Below are positions 39,395 to 48,860 of a stretch of 64,000 nt of DNA, piece by piece. Each line of letters begins with the position of its first letter. Positions within the stretch are counted from its first letter, which is position 1. Source of the stretch: an uncultured bacterium (lineage in GTDB: Bacteria > Verrucomicrobiota > Kiritimatiellia > CAIKKV01 > CAITUY01). The translations under genes and the position numbers were made by a program. The stretch lies in contig CAJBSZ010000384.1 in NCBI GenBank assembly GCA_903958395.1, forward strand, positions 3,156 through 67,155, read 5' to 3'. The notes under the pieces were generated by a model, which had not been told where the DNA came from, ran no database searches, and worked only from the letters and a program-made list of their open reading frames with translations.

Positions 39395-40899
39395 GTTTCT
39401 GTCGCGGTCACGCCGTTTTTGTTGAGCAGGGCACGAAGATCTACGCTGGCTTCATTTTCATTGGCAATTACATCAAAGGCAATGCGCCAGGTGCGGGTAT
39501 CGGGGCTGTATTCAGAGGATAACGAGAGGGGGATGATTTTGCCCCGTGTCACGGTGACCTGGGGTTCGATTTTGACGCCGGAAGCGACCTCCTGGGCCAG
39601 GGACGCCCAGGCATAATCGATCACAAACTTGCGGGCCCTATGCATATTGATGGAACCCGTGCGCATCCCGACGGTGCGGCCGAGGTCGGGGAGCGAGGGA
39701 TGCTCTCCGAGCCATCGGATCTGGTAGGCAAAATCGGCCACAGCCCCGACGGTGAGGACGCGCTCCGGCTCCCAGAAGACGACAATGTTATCCTGAAATT
39801 CCGTCCCGGTGGGGAGTTCCAGAAGTTTGACCCGGCCTTTTCCCCAGTCGCCCTGCGGGCAGATCCAGGCGGAGGGGCGTCGGTGATAGTTCGCCTCGAG
39901 ATCCTGATAGGCCGTGTAGGTGCGTTCGCGCTGGAACAGGCCAAATCCCTTCGGATTGATATCCTCGTATGAGTTCAGGCGAACTCGCCCGTCATTTTCA
40001 AGGGGGCGCCAGAGCCACTCGTTTTTTCCGTTTTGCATGAGCAGGCCATCGGAATCATGAACCTCGGGCCGGTAGTCGTCGAACCGGCGGGTCCCGTTTT
40101 TGCCGAACCAGAACATGCTGGTCAGCGGGGCAAAGCCATAGTGGGTCAGGTTGGTCCGGGCGATGACGGCCACGCGTGCCTCCATGACCGTTTCCTTGCC
40201 GGGCTTGATAACGAACGATGACACCCCTGTAAGGCTGGGGCTGTCAAACAGGCCGATCACCTGGATCTGGTTGCCCTGGATGCCCGGCCTGAAAATCCAC
40301 ATATCCTTGAAAATGGGGAATTCTTCCGGGCTTTCCCCGCCGCAATTGATGGTGATGGCGCGTGCGGAGAGGCCATAGAGCAGGCTGGCGGGCAGGGCTC
40401 GGAAATAGGTTGAGCCAAGGAATACAGCGAGTTCATCAAGATATTCAGGAGTGTTTAGCGGATAGTGGATCCGGAGTCCTGAAAATTTGAGATGCCGCAA
40501 ATCCATCCATCCCAATTTGTTGGCCCCAAAATCATAGAGATCCGAGTCATAGGGGAACTCCTTAACATCGTCGCCATCGACAAGATAGTATCCGATCTGA
40601 TCTCGATTCAGGCCGCCCGGGTGGAAAAACTGGAGTTGAAAGGGGAGTCGCTCCCGACGCCAGACCGATTCCTTCGGGTTATAACGGATATCCCGGAGCT
40701 GGTCGTAATTCAACTCACTGAGCCTGGCGGGGAGGGGGCGCCGGTCATCGACAAAAGGTTTGGCCGCCATTTCCCGGGCAAGGCCAAGAATGGTATCGAA
40801 ATTAGGGGCAGGCGTATTGTTTCTAGCGGGAGCGAGGCGGGGAAGGATAATCAAGGTCAGGAGACAGACGATCAGAACCTTTGAAATATCACGCTTCAA
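39370..40899 (-). CDS. opgG: periplasmic glucan biosynthesis protein OpgG/MdoG (or OpgD)
   Basis: Signal peptide plus the MdoG fold over 509 aa (FFHPGG, FWF, HDSDGL). Confidence 0.82.
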   Translation of the reverse strand: MKRDISKVLIVCLLTLIILPRLAPARNNTPAPNFDTILGLAREMAAKPFVDDRRPLPARLSELNYDQLRDIRYNPKESVWRRERLPFQLQFFHPGGLNRDQIGYYLVDGDDVKEFPYDSDLYDFGANKLGWMDLRHLKFSGLRIHYPLNTPEYLDELAVFLGSTYFRALPASLLYGLSARAITINCGGESPEEFPIFKDMWIFRPGIQGNQIQVIGLFDSPSLTGVSSFVIKPGKETVMEARVAVIARTNLTHYGFAPLTSMFWFGKNGTRRFDDYRPEVHDSDGLLMQNGKNEWLWRPLENDGRVRLNSYEDINPKGFGLFQRERTYTAYQDLEANYHRRPSAWICPQGDWGKGRVKLLELPTGTEFQDNIVVFWEPERVLTVGAVADFAYQIRWLGEHPSLPDLGRTVGMRTGSINMHRARKFVIDYAWASLAQEVASGVKIEPQVTVTRGKIIPLSLSSEYSPDTRTWRIAFDVIANENEASVDLRALLNKNGVTATETWTYLWMP

Positions 40900-41064
40900 G
40901 TTAAGCCTCCGTGAGTGCTTCAGTTATAAAATCAAACCATGCTGCCGTAAACCATACAGTCATGTGTCTTTTTGTATATCGCATCGAAGGGTGCTGTACA
41001 AGGAGGAATGATTTTTGGAGCAACCAGTGCTTGTGTGAAGAGGGTGGGCATGGTAGTTTCCGCC

Positions 41065-41141
41065 TCTTTCCTATACGGGGTGTAGCGCAGCCTGGTAGCG
41101 CGCCAGCCTTGGGCGTTGGAAGTCGTGGGTTCAAATCCCAC
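41065..41141 (+). tRNA. tRNA-Pro (anticodon UGG)
   Basis: Hand-folded cloverleaf: acceptor CGGGGTG/CGCCCCG, D-arm GCGC-AGCCTGGTA-GCGC, anticodon stem CCAGC/GTTGG with loop CTTGGGC (U33, TGG at 34-36), T-arm GTGGG-TTCAAAT-CCCAC, encoded CCA. Confidence 0.9.
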
Positions 41142-41198
41142 CGCCCCGACCAACTTAAAGCCCGGAGTCTGAAACCTTTAAATGAAAGGAGTTTGATC

Positions 41199-41546
41199 AT
41201 GCCTCTTGTTAAGATCTCGTCCTCGGTTGAATTACCCGCCGACAAGCGGACCCTTTTCCTGGCCGCCGTTTCCTCGGCGGTGTCGGACGTGACCGGCAAG
41301 CCCGAACGCTATATGATGGTGACCTGCGAGTCCAGTTCGTTCCTGCTGGACGGCAAGGGCGGCCCGGCCGCGTATGTCGATGTCCGGGCCATCGGCGGCC
41401 TAACCCCCCCGATCAATGCGAAACTCTCCGCCCGGTTGTGTGACCTGCTGCTGACGTGGATGACTATCCCCGGCGACCGGGTCTACCTGACCTTTACCGA
41501 CCTGCCCGCCACGCATTGGGGACACAAGGGAGCCACCTTCGGGTGA
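41199..41546 (+). CDS. MIF-family (macrophage migration inhibitory factor-like) tautomerase
   Basis: 115 aa beginning MPLVKI (catalytic Pro-1 after Met removal); size and N-terminus match MIF/4-OT-like tautomerases; AAAGGA RBS. Confidence 0.55.
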   Translation: MPLVKISSSVELPADKRTLFLAAVSSAVSDVTGKPERYMMVTCESSSFLLDGKGGPAAYVDVRAIGGLTPPINAKLSARLCDLLLTWMTIPGDRVYLTFTDLPATHWGHKGATFG

Positions 41547-41557
41547 GGCCTGATATC

Positions 41558-42427
41558 ATGCAAAAAACACTCCGGAATTTTGTTCTATCGGTGACCGTCA
41601 AACAGCACGGGGCGGAATTGTGCGGACTCAAGGCCGCCGATGGCACGGAATACATGTGGCAGGCAGATCCCGCTGTCTGGCCACGCCATGCCCCGCTTCT
41701 GTTTCCCATCGTGGGGAAGCTGGTTCAGGGGTGGTATTTGTATGACGGGAAAAAGTATGAGATCACGACGCCGCACGGGTTTGCCCGGGATACGGACTTC
41801 GAACTCGTGGCCGCCACCGAGTCCACTCTGTCGTACCGCCTTCAGGCGACGAAGGAAACCCGGAAGCAGTACCCGTTTGATTTTACGCTGCTCCGCCACT
41901 ACCGCCTGTTGGAGGCCGGGGTAGAGGTCACCACCGAGGTGACCAATTCCGGTGCTGTGGTGATGCCGTTTTCGATCGGGGAGCATCCTGCGTTTTCCCT
42001 GAAATGGGGCGCGGGTGACAAGGTGGAGGACTACGCCCTGCAGTTTGAAAAGCCGGAACGGCTGGTTGCCCATTTGCTCGATGCCAACGGGTTGTTATCT
42101 GATCAATCCGAGCGCCTTCTCTCGAACCAGCGTGTACTTCCGCTACGCAGTAATATGTTTGACCGGGATGCCCTGATATTTCTCAAGTTGAATTCGCGCA
42201 GCATCAGCCTGTGTTCCCGCCGCCATGCGCGTCGGGTGACTGTAGAATTCTCGGGCTATCCGAGTCTCGGTATTTGGGCCAAGCCCGTCGCTCCGTTTGT
42301 GTGTATTGAGCCGTGGTACGGCTATGCCGACCCCGCCACCCATAACGGTGAACTGCTCCAAAAACCCGGCATCATCCTGTTGGAGCCTGGGAAAACCTTC
42401 ACCTGCACCTGGCGCATCGAAATCTGA
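41558..42427 (+). CDS. aldose 1-epimerase (galactose mutarotase-like) family protein
   Basis: 290 aa beta-sandwich mutarotase-like pattern (PLLFPIVG, conserved His/Glu positions); start set to MQKTL. Confidence 0.6.
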   Translation: MQKTLRNFVLSVTVKQHGAELCGLKAADGTEYMWQADPAVWPRHAPLLFPIVGKLVQGWYLYDGKKYEITTPHGFARDTDFELVAATESTLSYRLQATKETRKQYPFDFTLLRHYRLLEAGVEVTTEVTNSGAVVMPFSIGEHPAFSLKWGAGDKVEDYALQFEKPERLVAHLLDANGLLSDQSERLLSNQRVLPLRSNMFDRDALIFLKLNSRSISLCSRRHARRVTVEFSGYPSLGIWAKPVAPFVCIEPWYGYADPATHNGELLQKPGIILLEPGKTFTCTWRIEI

Positions 42428-43261
42428 TTATCTCTGGAATTCGCGGGGATCGAGGGGTTGGATCGTAAAATCGGGTTTCCAGTGGGGTGAGTGGCTGTAG
42501 AAAGTCATCGCGTTGTCGAAGGTCAGTCTCTGGATATCGGCCTCGGGAACGTTGTCCTGCCGGAGTTGCGCTACAACCTTGATCAGGCTGAGTGGGTCGG
42601 AAACACCCCAGTCGGCGGAACCATTGACGATCATGCGCTCGCTGCCGTATTGGCGGATGATGGCGGAGACCCGCTCCGGATTGAGTTTGGAGATCGGGTA
42701 GACCGTCATGCCGCAATAACAGCCGCTCGCCCGCGACAGGGCAATGGTCTCCTCCGTGTTGTGGTCAATCACCACGAGGTCAGGGCTGATTCCCTCCGCC
42801 TTCACGATGTCCAGGGTGCGGTGCGTCCCTCGCAGTTTGTCCCCATGGGGCAGGTGAACGATCACTGGCATCCGGCGTTCATGGGCGATGTGGAGTTGCC
42901 GGGTAAAGGCCTTCTCCTCATTGACCGTGATGGCGTTGAATCCGATTTCGCCGAGCGCGACGCAGCGGGGGTGGTCGAGGTAGGGGGCCAGGCCGTCAAT
43001 GACTTCCTTCGCCAGGGCAAGGTCTTCCGTCTCCTTCGGGTTCAGCGAAACGGCACTGAAATGATCAATGCCGAACCGGCGGGCCCGGACGGTCTCGAAT
43101 TCAAGGATCAGGTTGAAATAATCAAAGAAGGTTCCGGCGTACCGGCGGTTGCAGCCCATCCAGAATGAGGGTTCTACGCAAGCCCGGATCCCCGCCTTGT
43201 ACAAGGCCACATAGTCATCCGTTGTCCGCGAATACATATGTATATGAGGTTCAATGATCAT
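42428..43261 (-). CDS. TatD-related metal-dependent hydrolase (amidohydrolase superfamily)
   Basis: EPHIH N-terminus, GEIGFN, HLPH and IDH metal-ligand motifs of TatD-like TIM-barrel hydrolases. Confidence 0.6.
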   Translation of the reverse strand: MIIEPHIHMYSRTTDDYVALYKAGIRACVEPSFWMGCNRRYAGTFFDYFNLILEFETVRARRFGIDHFSAVSLNPKETEDLALAKEVIDGLAPYLDHPRCVALGEIGFNAITVNEEKAFTRQLHIAHERRMPVIVHLPHGDKLRGTHRTLDIVKAEGISPDLVVIDHNTEETIALSRASGCYCGMTVYPISKLNPERVSAIIRQYGSERMIVNGSADWGVSDPLSLIKVVAQLRQDNVPEADIQRLTFDNAMTFYSHSPHWKPDFTIQPLDPREFQR

Positions 43262-43270
43262 GGGAGGCTC

Positions 43271-44311
43271 CTATTTGTGAAAGTTGATCCGTGGATCGAT
43301 GAGAATATAGCAGAAATCGGAAATCAGGTTACCGAGAAGACCGAGAATGGACGTGAGGGCGAGGATGCCCATGAAAACGGGGTAGTCGCGACCGACAATC
43401 GCTTCCAGGCTGAGTCGACCCATCCCGGGAATTTCAAAGATCTGTTCGATAATCACCGACCCTGCGAACATGACGCTGAGGATCCCCCCGATCCCGGTGG
43501 CGATGGGAATCAGGGCGTTGCGCAAAGCATGGCCCCAGATGGCACGCCGGGCGGAGCCGCCCTTGGCCAGCACGGTGCGCAGATAGTCCTTGCCGATCTG
43601 CTCCAAAAGGGAATTCTTCATCAGGAGCGTCAGCACCGCAAAGTCGCCGATGACGTAACATAGCACCGGTAGCGCCATGTGCGAGGCAATATCGCCCATC
43701 TGGCCCCAGGCCGAGAGGGTGGCATAGTTTTCGGAATGGAATCCGGATAGGGGCAGAACATCCCACAGGCTGTCGACTGTCCCGCAAAACAGCATCTTAA
43801 GCACCATGCCCAGCGCCAGGGCCGGAATGGCGTAGCCGGTCAGGATGACCACGCTTGAGGCCATGTCGAACTTGCCCCCGTTTCGCAACGCCTTGGTGAT
43901 GCCCAGCGGAATGCAGATGAGGTAACTTAGCACAATTCCGGTGAGTCCGAAAATGAGGGAGACAGGGAACCGTTCCCGGATGAGTTGCCAGGCGGTTTTG
44001 TTGGGATATTTGAAGGAGTCCTGGCGCATGCCGAGCCGGTCGTGGGCGAGCCATTTCCAGTATCGCGTGAGGAATGGCTTGTCGAACCCGAAATGCTTTT
44101 CCAGTGCCTTCCGCTGCTCTGTAGAAATGGTGCCCGAGGCGCCGCCGGTCAGTTTTCCTTCGCCGCCGCCCATCCCCTTCATCTGCATGATGGCCTGTTC
44201 CACCGGACCGCCCGGAACGACCTGGACCAGGCCATAGCACACCAGGGTGATCCCGATAAAGGTCGGAATCACCAGGAGCAGGCGCCGGATAAAGTAGGTG
44301 AGTCGATCCAT
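43271..44311 (-). CDS. ABC transporter permease, OppB/DppB/YejB family
   Basis: Six TM helices and the EAA-like loop ...DYLRTVLAKGGSARRAIWGHALRNALIP...; no partner SBP/ATPase genes adjacent. Confidence 0.8.
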   Translation of the reverse strand: MDRLTYFIRRLLLVIPTFIGITLVCYGLVQVVPGGPVEQAIMQMKGMGGGEGKLTGGASGTISTEQRKALEKHFGFDKPFLTRYWKWLAHDRLGMRQDSFKYPNKTAWQLIRERFPVSLIFGLTGIVLSYLICIPLGITKALRNGGKFDMASSVVILTGYAIPALALGMVLKMLFCGTVDSLWDVLPLSGFHSENYATLSAWGQMGDIASHMALPVLCYVIGDFAVLTLLMKNSLLEQIGKDYLRTVLAKGGSARRAIWGHALRNALIPIATGIGGILSVMFAGSVIIEQIFEIPGMGRLSLEAIVGRDYPVFMGILALTSILGLLGNLISDFCYILIDPRINFHK

Positions 44312-44436
44312 GATAACTCGCAAAAGAGAGTATTAACTATCATGTCCGTGTTGCGCGCGGCAACGACATTCACGCCGTCTTCGTTCTTGAATTCGCTTCA
44401 GGCTTCAGGCATTGTCCGGCTAAACAGAAAGGACTA

Positions 44437-45519
44437 ATGGATATGAATAAGTTTCTTCCCGGCCTGGCTGCCTTACTTCTTCTCCTCTCGAATGCCACAG
44501 TGCTTGCAGGGCCGAAACTGGAGATTTCAAACGACAGCTACCTGCAGGTTGGAGCCCTTGGCCAGTTTCAGGCCACCTATACTGACGGCGCTGCCGACCA
44601 AACCGACTTCTTCCTCCGCCGCGCCCGCGTCATTCTTTCCGGTCAGATGATGGATGGCGTCCAGTTCTTCCTCGAAACCGACAGTCCGAACGCCGGTAAG
44701 GCGGGGGCCCCGGATGCAGAAGTGGATATCCAGGATGCGTTTATCGACCTGCGCCTGCCCGGTTGCAGCAACCACTGGTTTAAAGCGGGGCTTATCCTGT
44801 TGCCTTTCTCGCTTGAAAACCGCTCGGGCGCGAGTTCGCTTCTCGGGAATGACTACAATTCCGAAGTCATCAAGCTGCCCAACACCTTTGTCTGGCGCGA
44901 TTACGGCGCGGAGTTTCATGGCAGCCTGGCCAATAAGAAATTCGGTTACGTCGCCGGGGTCTATGACGGCTACGATACCGAAGGCAGCACTAAGAATCCT
45001 GAAGCGGATTTTCGCTACACCGCCCATGTGTGCGCCGGGATCATCGGTGAGGTTGAAACCGGGTGGTTCTACAACCAGAACCGCATCGGCAAGAAACTCA
45101 CCTATCTCACTCTCGGAGCCGGCATGGACCGGCAGGATGAGGCCTCCGTGCTTGCCATTAAGGCGACTCCCACCGTTCCCGCCTCCTCGAGGATTGTCGA
45201 CTCGGAAGCCTTTGTGCTGGACCTGCAGTCCGGTTATGAGGTGGATGACTGGGGCGTTATCCTGAACGCCGCCTGGTATACCTGGGATAACATTGTCTTC
45301 GAAGGCGACACGATGTTTGCCGAGAGCGGTGTCTGGATCGGCAAGACCATGCTGACGGGCAAATATTCGTTCCAGGATCCCGATGCCGGCGCCACGACCG
45401 AGGACTATACCCTTGGCCTGCACCATTTCCTCAAGGGCCACACTGTCCGGGGCGGTGTGGAATACCGGTGGGGCGATAGCGCCGACCAGATCCTGGCCAG
45501 CCTGCAATTCCTGTTGTAA
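44437..45519 (+). CDS. putative outer-membrane beta-barrel porin
   Basis: Signal peptide (LAALLLLLSNATVLAG), alternating amphipathic beta-strand pattern, aromatic-rich C-terminus. Confidence 0.45.
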   Translation: MDMNKFLPGLAALLLLLSNATVLAGPKLEISNDSYLQVGALGQFQATYTDGAADQTDFFLRRARVILSGQMMDGVQFFLETDSPNAGKAGAPDAEVDIQDAFIDLRLPGCSNHWFKAGLILLPFSLENRSGASSLLGNDYNSEVIKLPNTFVWRDYGAEFHGSLANKKFGYVAGVYDGYDTEGSTKNPEADFRYTAHVCAGIIGEVETGWFYNQNRIGKKLTYLTLGAGMDRQDEASVLAIKATPTVPASSRIVDSEAFVLDLQSGYEVDDWGVILNAAWYTWDNIVFEGDTMFAESGVWIGKTMLTGKYSFQDPDAGATTEDYTLGLHHFLKGHTVRGGVEYRWGDSADQILASLQFLL

Positions 45520-45560
45520 CACCCCCTCGTGTCATATATCTGGACTATTGCGAGACTATC

Positions 45561-46331
45561 CTAAAAACTGGGATTGGGGATGCTGCTGATGACCCCGGTC
45601 CCGGTATCCCACAGAAGCAAGTCCGGCGCCGACAGGGTGTCGGCGCAAAGAAAACGGGTTTTTTTCACCATCCGGTCATGCCGGATATGGAAGTGGCCAA
45701 ATACCCAGAGAGCGGGCCGGGTCTCCAGATGGTGCCATAGCCGGGAAAGCTCCATATCCCCGCAGTCATGCTCAGGGCCCGGATCGAACCCCGCGCCATG
45801 GACATGTACGGCCAGGTCGGCGGCAAACTCAGGATTCCCCCGGATCCCCACTCCGATATCCGCAGGACACGAGTGTGTGACGATCATCACGGGGTGTTCG
45901 TGATTGAACAGTTTTGTGGCGCGGGCGCGTTCGTGAACCATGATGAAATTGGCGATATTGCGGAACCAGTGCCGGTATTGAGCCCGATCCACATGCAGTG
46001 CGCCCCCGAGAAATCCCACCATCACGCCGTCCAACTGTATGATTGACGCCCGCGGTTGGAAATGAAGACTATACTGCTCCCGCCATCGTTCAGGCTCGCC
46101 GGCCTTCTCCATCTGGTGAAGCCACGCGTGGTCGTCGTGGTTACCGTCGATGGCATACACCGGAACCGGAAGGCGTCCCCCTGAAAACCCGCCGGCGAAC
46201 AAGGAGGAAAAAAATCCAAAATCGCCCGCCTGGATCACGGCGCCGATGCCATGCTGGTCCCGGATAAGGGCAAGCCTTGCCGCCATCTCCGCGTGAGCGC
46301 CATGGACATCACCTAAGAGGAGGACTTTCAT
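45561..46331 (-). CDS. calcineurin-like metallophosphoesterase
   Basis: GDVHG...GDFG...GNHD...HFH metal-binding motif series; overlaps the upstream sensor gene stop by 4 nt. Confidence 0.72.
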   Translation of the reverse strand: MKVLLLGDVHGAHAEMAARLALIRDQHGIGAVIQAGDFGFFSSLFAGGFSGGRLPVPVYAIDGNHDDHAWLHQMEKAGEPERWREQYSLHFQPRASIIQLDGVMVGFLGGALHVDRAQYRHWFRNIANFIMVHERARATKLFNHEHPVMIVTHSCPADIGVGIRGNPEFAADLAVHVHGAGFDPGPEHDCGDMELSRLWHHLETRPALWVFGHFHIRHDRMVKKTRFLCADTLSAPDLLLWDTGTGVISSIPNPSF

Positions 46332-48508
46332 AGGCTCCGGGTGAAATCAAGGCGGATCCGGGATTGGAAGACGCCGATCTGCTCGAAAATCTTCCGCAAG
46401 GCCGCCTGCTCGATCTCCGTGAGTTCTGCGGGATTCACATGATTGTCCGGGTGCTGACCCGCGGCCAGTTGGACGGCCTGATGGCGCAGCCGCCACACGG
46501 ACAGCATCTCAAATGCGGTCACCAGTTCCGCCGCGCTGGCCGGTTGCAACACTCCGGCTGCGGACAGGAGCCCGATGCGATCCAGCGTTCCAATTGCCGG
46601 AACGGCATGGCGCAAGGCATACACCCGGGCGAAATTGACGATCGGAACCAGGCCGCTTTTGATGTCGAAGGTTTCCGGATGGCTCCCGCCGGACTCCACC
46701 ACGATCTTGCCGAAGAACCCGATGGGCGGCTTGAATTCCAGGGTGCTGCGGGCCAGGTTGAAGAAAAAGGTCTCATGGGATCCGATATCGCGGAGAACAT
46801 GAAGCCTTAATTCCTCTGAAAGCGACTCATCGCCCGCGACATGCCTGAAGTCGAATACGATGTTCACGGCCTGAAGCGCCTCCGCCGTGCTGTTTTCGAC
46901 CCAGTCGTCAAACAGACGCCGCCACTGGCTGAGTGGGCGGCACCATTTTGGATTCCGGGCCATGACATCGCCCCGGCAATAGGCATAGCCTGCGGCCTGA
47001 AGTCCGTCGCAGATCCGTGTGGCCAGGGCTTTGAAATAGGCCTCGCAGGCTGCTTTGGTTTCCGGGGCAGGATCAGCATAGACCAGGGCGTTGTCCTGGT
47101 CGGTGGCGAGCGTCTGCTCCCGCCGACCGGTGCTTCCCAGTGCAAGAATTGCGTACGGCGTCGGAGCCGGACCGAGGTCCCGCCCGGCCATGGCGATCAG
47201 CCGGATCGTGACCGCATCGCACAGGGCTGAGAGAAAACCGGTGATATGACCCGCCCTGGCGCCGGCCACCAGAAGCAGGCGGACTGAGGCGGAGGCCTTG
47301 GCGCACAGCCGTTGAATATCCTCCAGCGTCCCGGCTTCCCGGACCTGCCCGATCAGGAGCGGCAGGTTTCGGCCTTCGTCCTTTAAGAGCTCCTCAGTCC
47401 CGGAAGCGTCAATCAAGGCGAGTAAGGTTCCGAATGTTGGAGCCGCCTCAAAACCTGCCACTTTGAGATATTCGCGGATACTGACCAGCAAGCCGGTTTT
47501 TCCGCCCACGGATACGGCAGACACCGCCAGAGCCACGGGCAAGGTTTTGTTGTCTTTTCCAAGCATCAAGGCATCGAAACGGGCCACGCCCCGGCCTTTT
47601 TCCAGCCATTCAATCAGCGAGGCTGAGCCGGGATGCCCGCGGACCAGTAACTCCAGGACAGGCCGCTCCCGGCAGGAGGCCTCATCCAGGCCCAACAGCG
47701 CCAGGGCAGGCTTGTTGCAGAACAGAACGCGCTGGTCAGCCACCAGCAGAATTCCTTCCGATGCGGACTCCACCAGCAACCGGTACCGGGCCTCGGATTC
47801 CCGCAGGTCCTGCTCCGCCTGACGCCGCCGTCGTTCGATGTCGTAACTCTGGCGGCCGATGACGAACAGGAGCACAGCCAGTGCGGCGGCGATGGCCAGG
47901 GACAGCCGGGTCAGCCGTCCGGTCAAACGCCGGGTTTCTGCCCGCACATCGTCCAGATAGACGCCCGTTCCGATAATCCAGCCCCATGGCGCGTACAGCT
48001 TCACAAACGAGAGCTTGGGTTCGATCCGCTCCGGATCATCCTTCCATTGCCATTGGTAGGAGGCGTAGCCTTCCCCCCGGGTCCGGGCGATGTTGACAAA
48101 CTTCACAAACACCGGGTCGCCAGCCGCATCGCGATATCCGGAGACATCCTTTCCATTCAGTTCCGCCCGGTAGGGGTGCATGACCATGACCGGGCGCAGA
48201 TCGGTTATCCAGAAGTAGTCCTTGCCCTCGCTGCCATAGCGGAGGTGACGGATTTCCGTCAGGGCAAGTTGCTGGGCCTGTTCGCGGGACAGCGTGCCGG
48301 ACTGTTCCTGGCGTCCACATTCCGAAAGGATGCCCCATGCCGCGACCGTGAGTTCCCGGATCATTTCCTTCTTCCGGTCGGTGATTGAAGTTTCAACCGT
48401 TGGTGTGACAATTCCGAAGATTGCCAGGACAAAAAGAAGCAGCACCAGGATGGCGGGAGAGACAATGCCCAGTCCGAACTGACGCCAGCTGTAATGTGGG
48501 TGAGCCAT
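46328..48508 (-). CDS. membrane sensor: sCache_2 periplasmic domain - TM - PAS - GlnD-like nucleotidyltransferase (DUF294 + DUF294_C)
   Basis: TM1, sCache_2 signature (DYFWITD...HPY...GYASYQWQWK...KLSFVKLYAPWGWIIGTGVYLDD), TM2, PAS (EARYRLLVESASEGILLVADQ), pol-beta NTase motif GSTGRREQTLATDQDNAL and helical substrate-binding tail. Confidence 0.65.
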   Translation of the reverse strand: MAHPHYSWRQFGLGIVSPAILVLLLFVLAIFGIVTPTVETSITDRKKEMIRELTVAAWGILSECGRQEQSGTLSREQAQQLALTEIRHLRYGSEGKDYFWITDLRPVMVMHPYRAELNGKDVSGYRDAAGDPVFVKFVNIARTRGEGYASYQWQWKDDPERIEPKLSFVKLYAPWGWIIGTGVYLDDVRAETRRLTGRLTRLSLAIAAALAVLLFVIGRQSYDIERRRRQAEQDLRESEARYRLLVESASEGILLVADQRVLFCNKPALALLGLDEASCRERPVLELLVRGHPGSASLIEWLEKGRGVARFDALMLGKDNKTLPVALAVSAVSVGGKTGLLVSIREYLKVAGFEAAPTFGTLLALIDASGTEELLKDEGRNLPLLIGQVREAGTLEDIQRLCAKASASVRLLLVAGARAGHITGFLSALCDAVTIRLIAMAGRDLGPAPTPYAILALGSTGRREQTLATDQDNALVYADPAPETKAACEAYFKALATRICDGLQAAGYAYCRGDVMARNPKWCRPLSQWRRLFDDWVENSTAEALQAVNIVFDFRHVAGDESLSEELRLHVLRDIGSHETFFFNLARSTLEFKPPIGFFGKIVVESGGSHPETFDIKSGLVPIVNFARVYALRHAVPAIGTLDRIGLLSAAGVLQPASAAELVTAFEMLSVWRLRHQAVQLAAGQHPDNHVNPAELTEIEQAALRKIFEQIGVFQSRIRLDFTRSL

Positions 48509-48538
48509 GCTTCGGCTTATAGCACCCGAATCCCCCGC

Positions 48539-48568
48539 TTGACAAGTCTCCCCTCCTTATTGATAAGG
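48539..48568 (+). promoter_or_regulatory. candidate sigma70-like promoter (TTGACA-N17-GATAAG) overlapping a 6-2-6 inverted repeat CCTTATtgATAAGG in the sensor/actP divergent intergenic region
   Basis: Read directly; the inverted repeat lies at 48555..48568 over the putative -10 region. Confidence 0.3.
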
Positions 48569-48606
48569 TATGGCCCTTAAATTTAGTAACAACCCAGGAG
48601 AAGACT

Positions 48607-48855
48607 ATGAGCGACCCGGACATTTCCTCAGCCCCACCGCCACTTACGGGCATGCGACGAAAGGTGCTGGTCAACTTTGGCCTTTTTGCCCTCTTTTTCT
48701 TCTTCTATCTTGGCGCGGCCGTAGTGCAGACGCCCTCCTGCAAGGACATTGCCGCCCGGCAGGTGTTTGGAATGCCGTTCGGGTTGCTTCTCTCGCTGAT
48801 GATTTTCCCGGTGTCGTGGCTGTTGATTGTAATCTGGTTCAAAAAGGCGCGGTGA
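48607..48855 (+). CDS. DUF485-family small membrane protein (YjcH-like ActP partner)
   Basis: 82 aa, two TM helices, immediately upstream of actP as in E. coli yjcH-actP. Confidence 0.75.
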   Translation: MSDPDISSAPPPLTGMRRKVLVNFGLFALFFFFYLGAAVVQTPSCKDIAARQVFGMPFGLLLSLMIFPVSWLLIVIWFKKAR

Positions 48856-48860
48856 TCCCC

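Noticed and set aside
41065-41141. tRNA-Pro as a possible integration hotspot or genomic island boundary
   Set aside because: Flanking genes (opgG, MIF tautomerase, aldose epimerase) look like core metabolism. No integrase, direct repeat of the tRNA 3' end or compositional shift was seen.
43271-44311. Lone OppB/YejB-type ABC permease as part of a novel transporter with the adjacent TatD-like hydrolase
   Set aside because: No SBP, second permease or ATPase genes are nearby. Most likely other components are encoded elsewhere, so there is insufficient basis for a system call.
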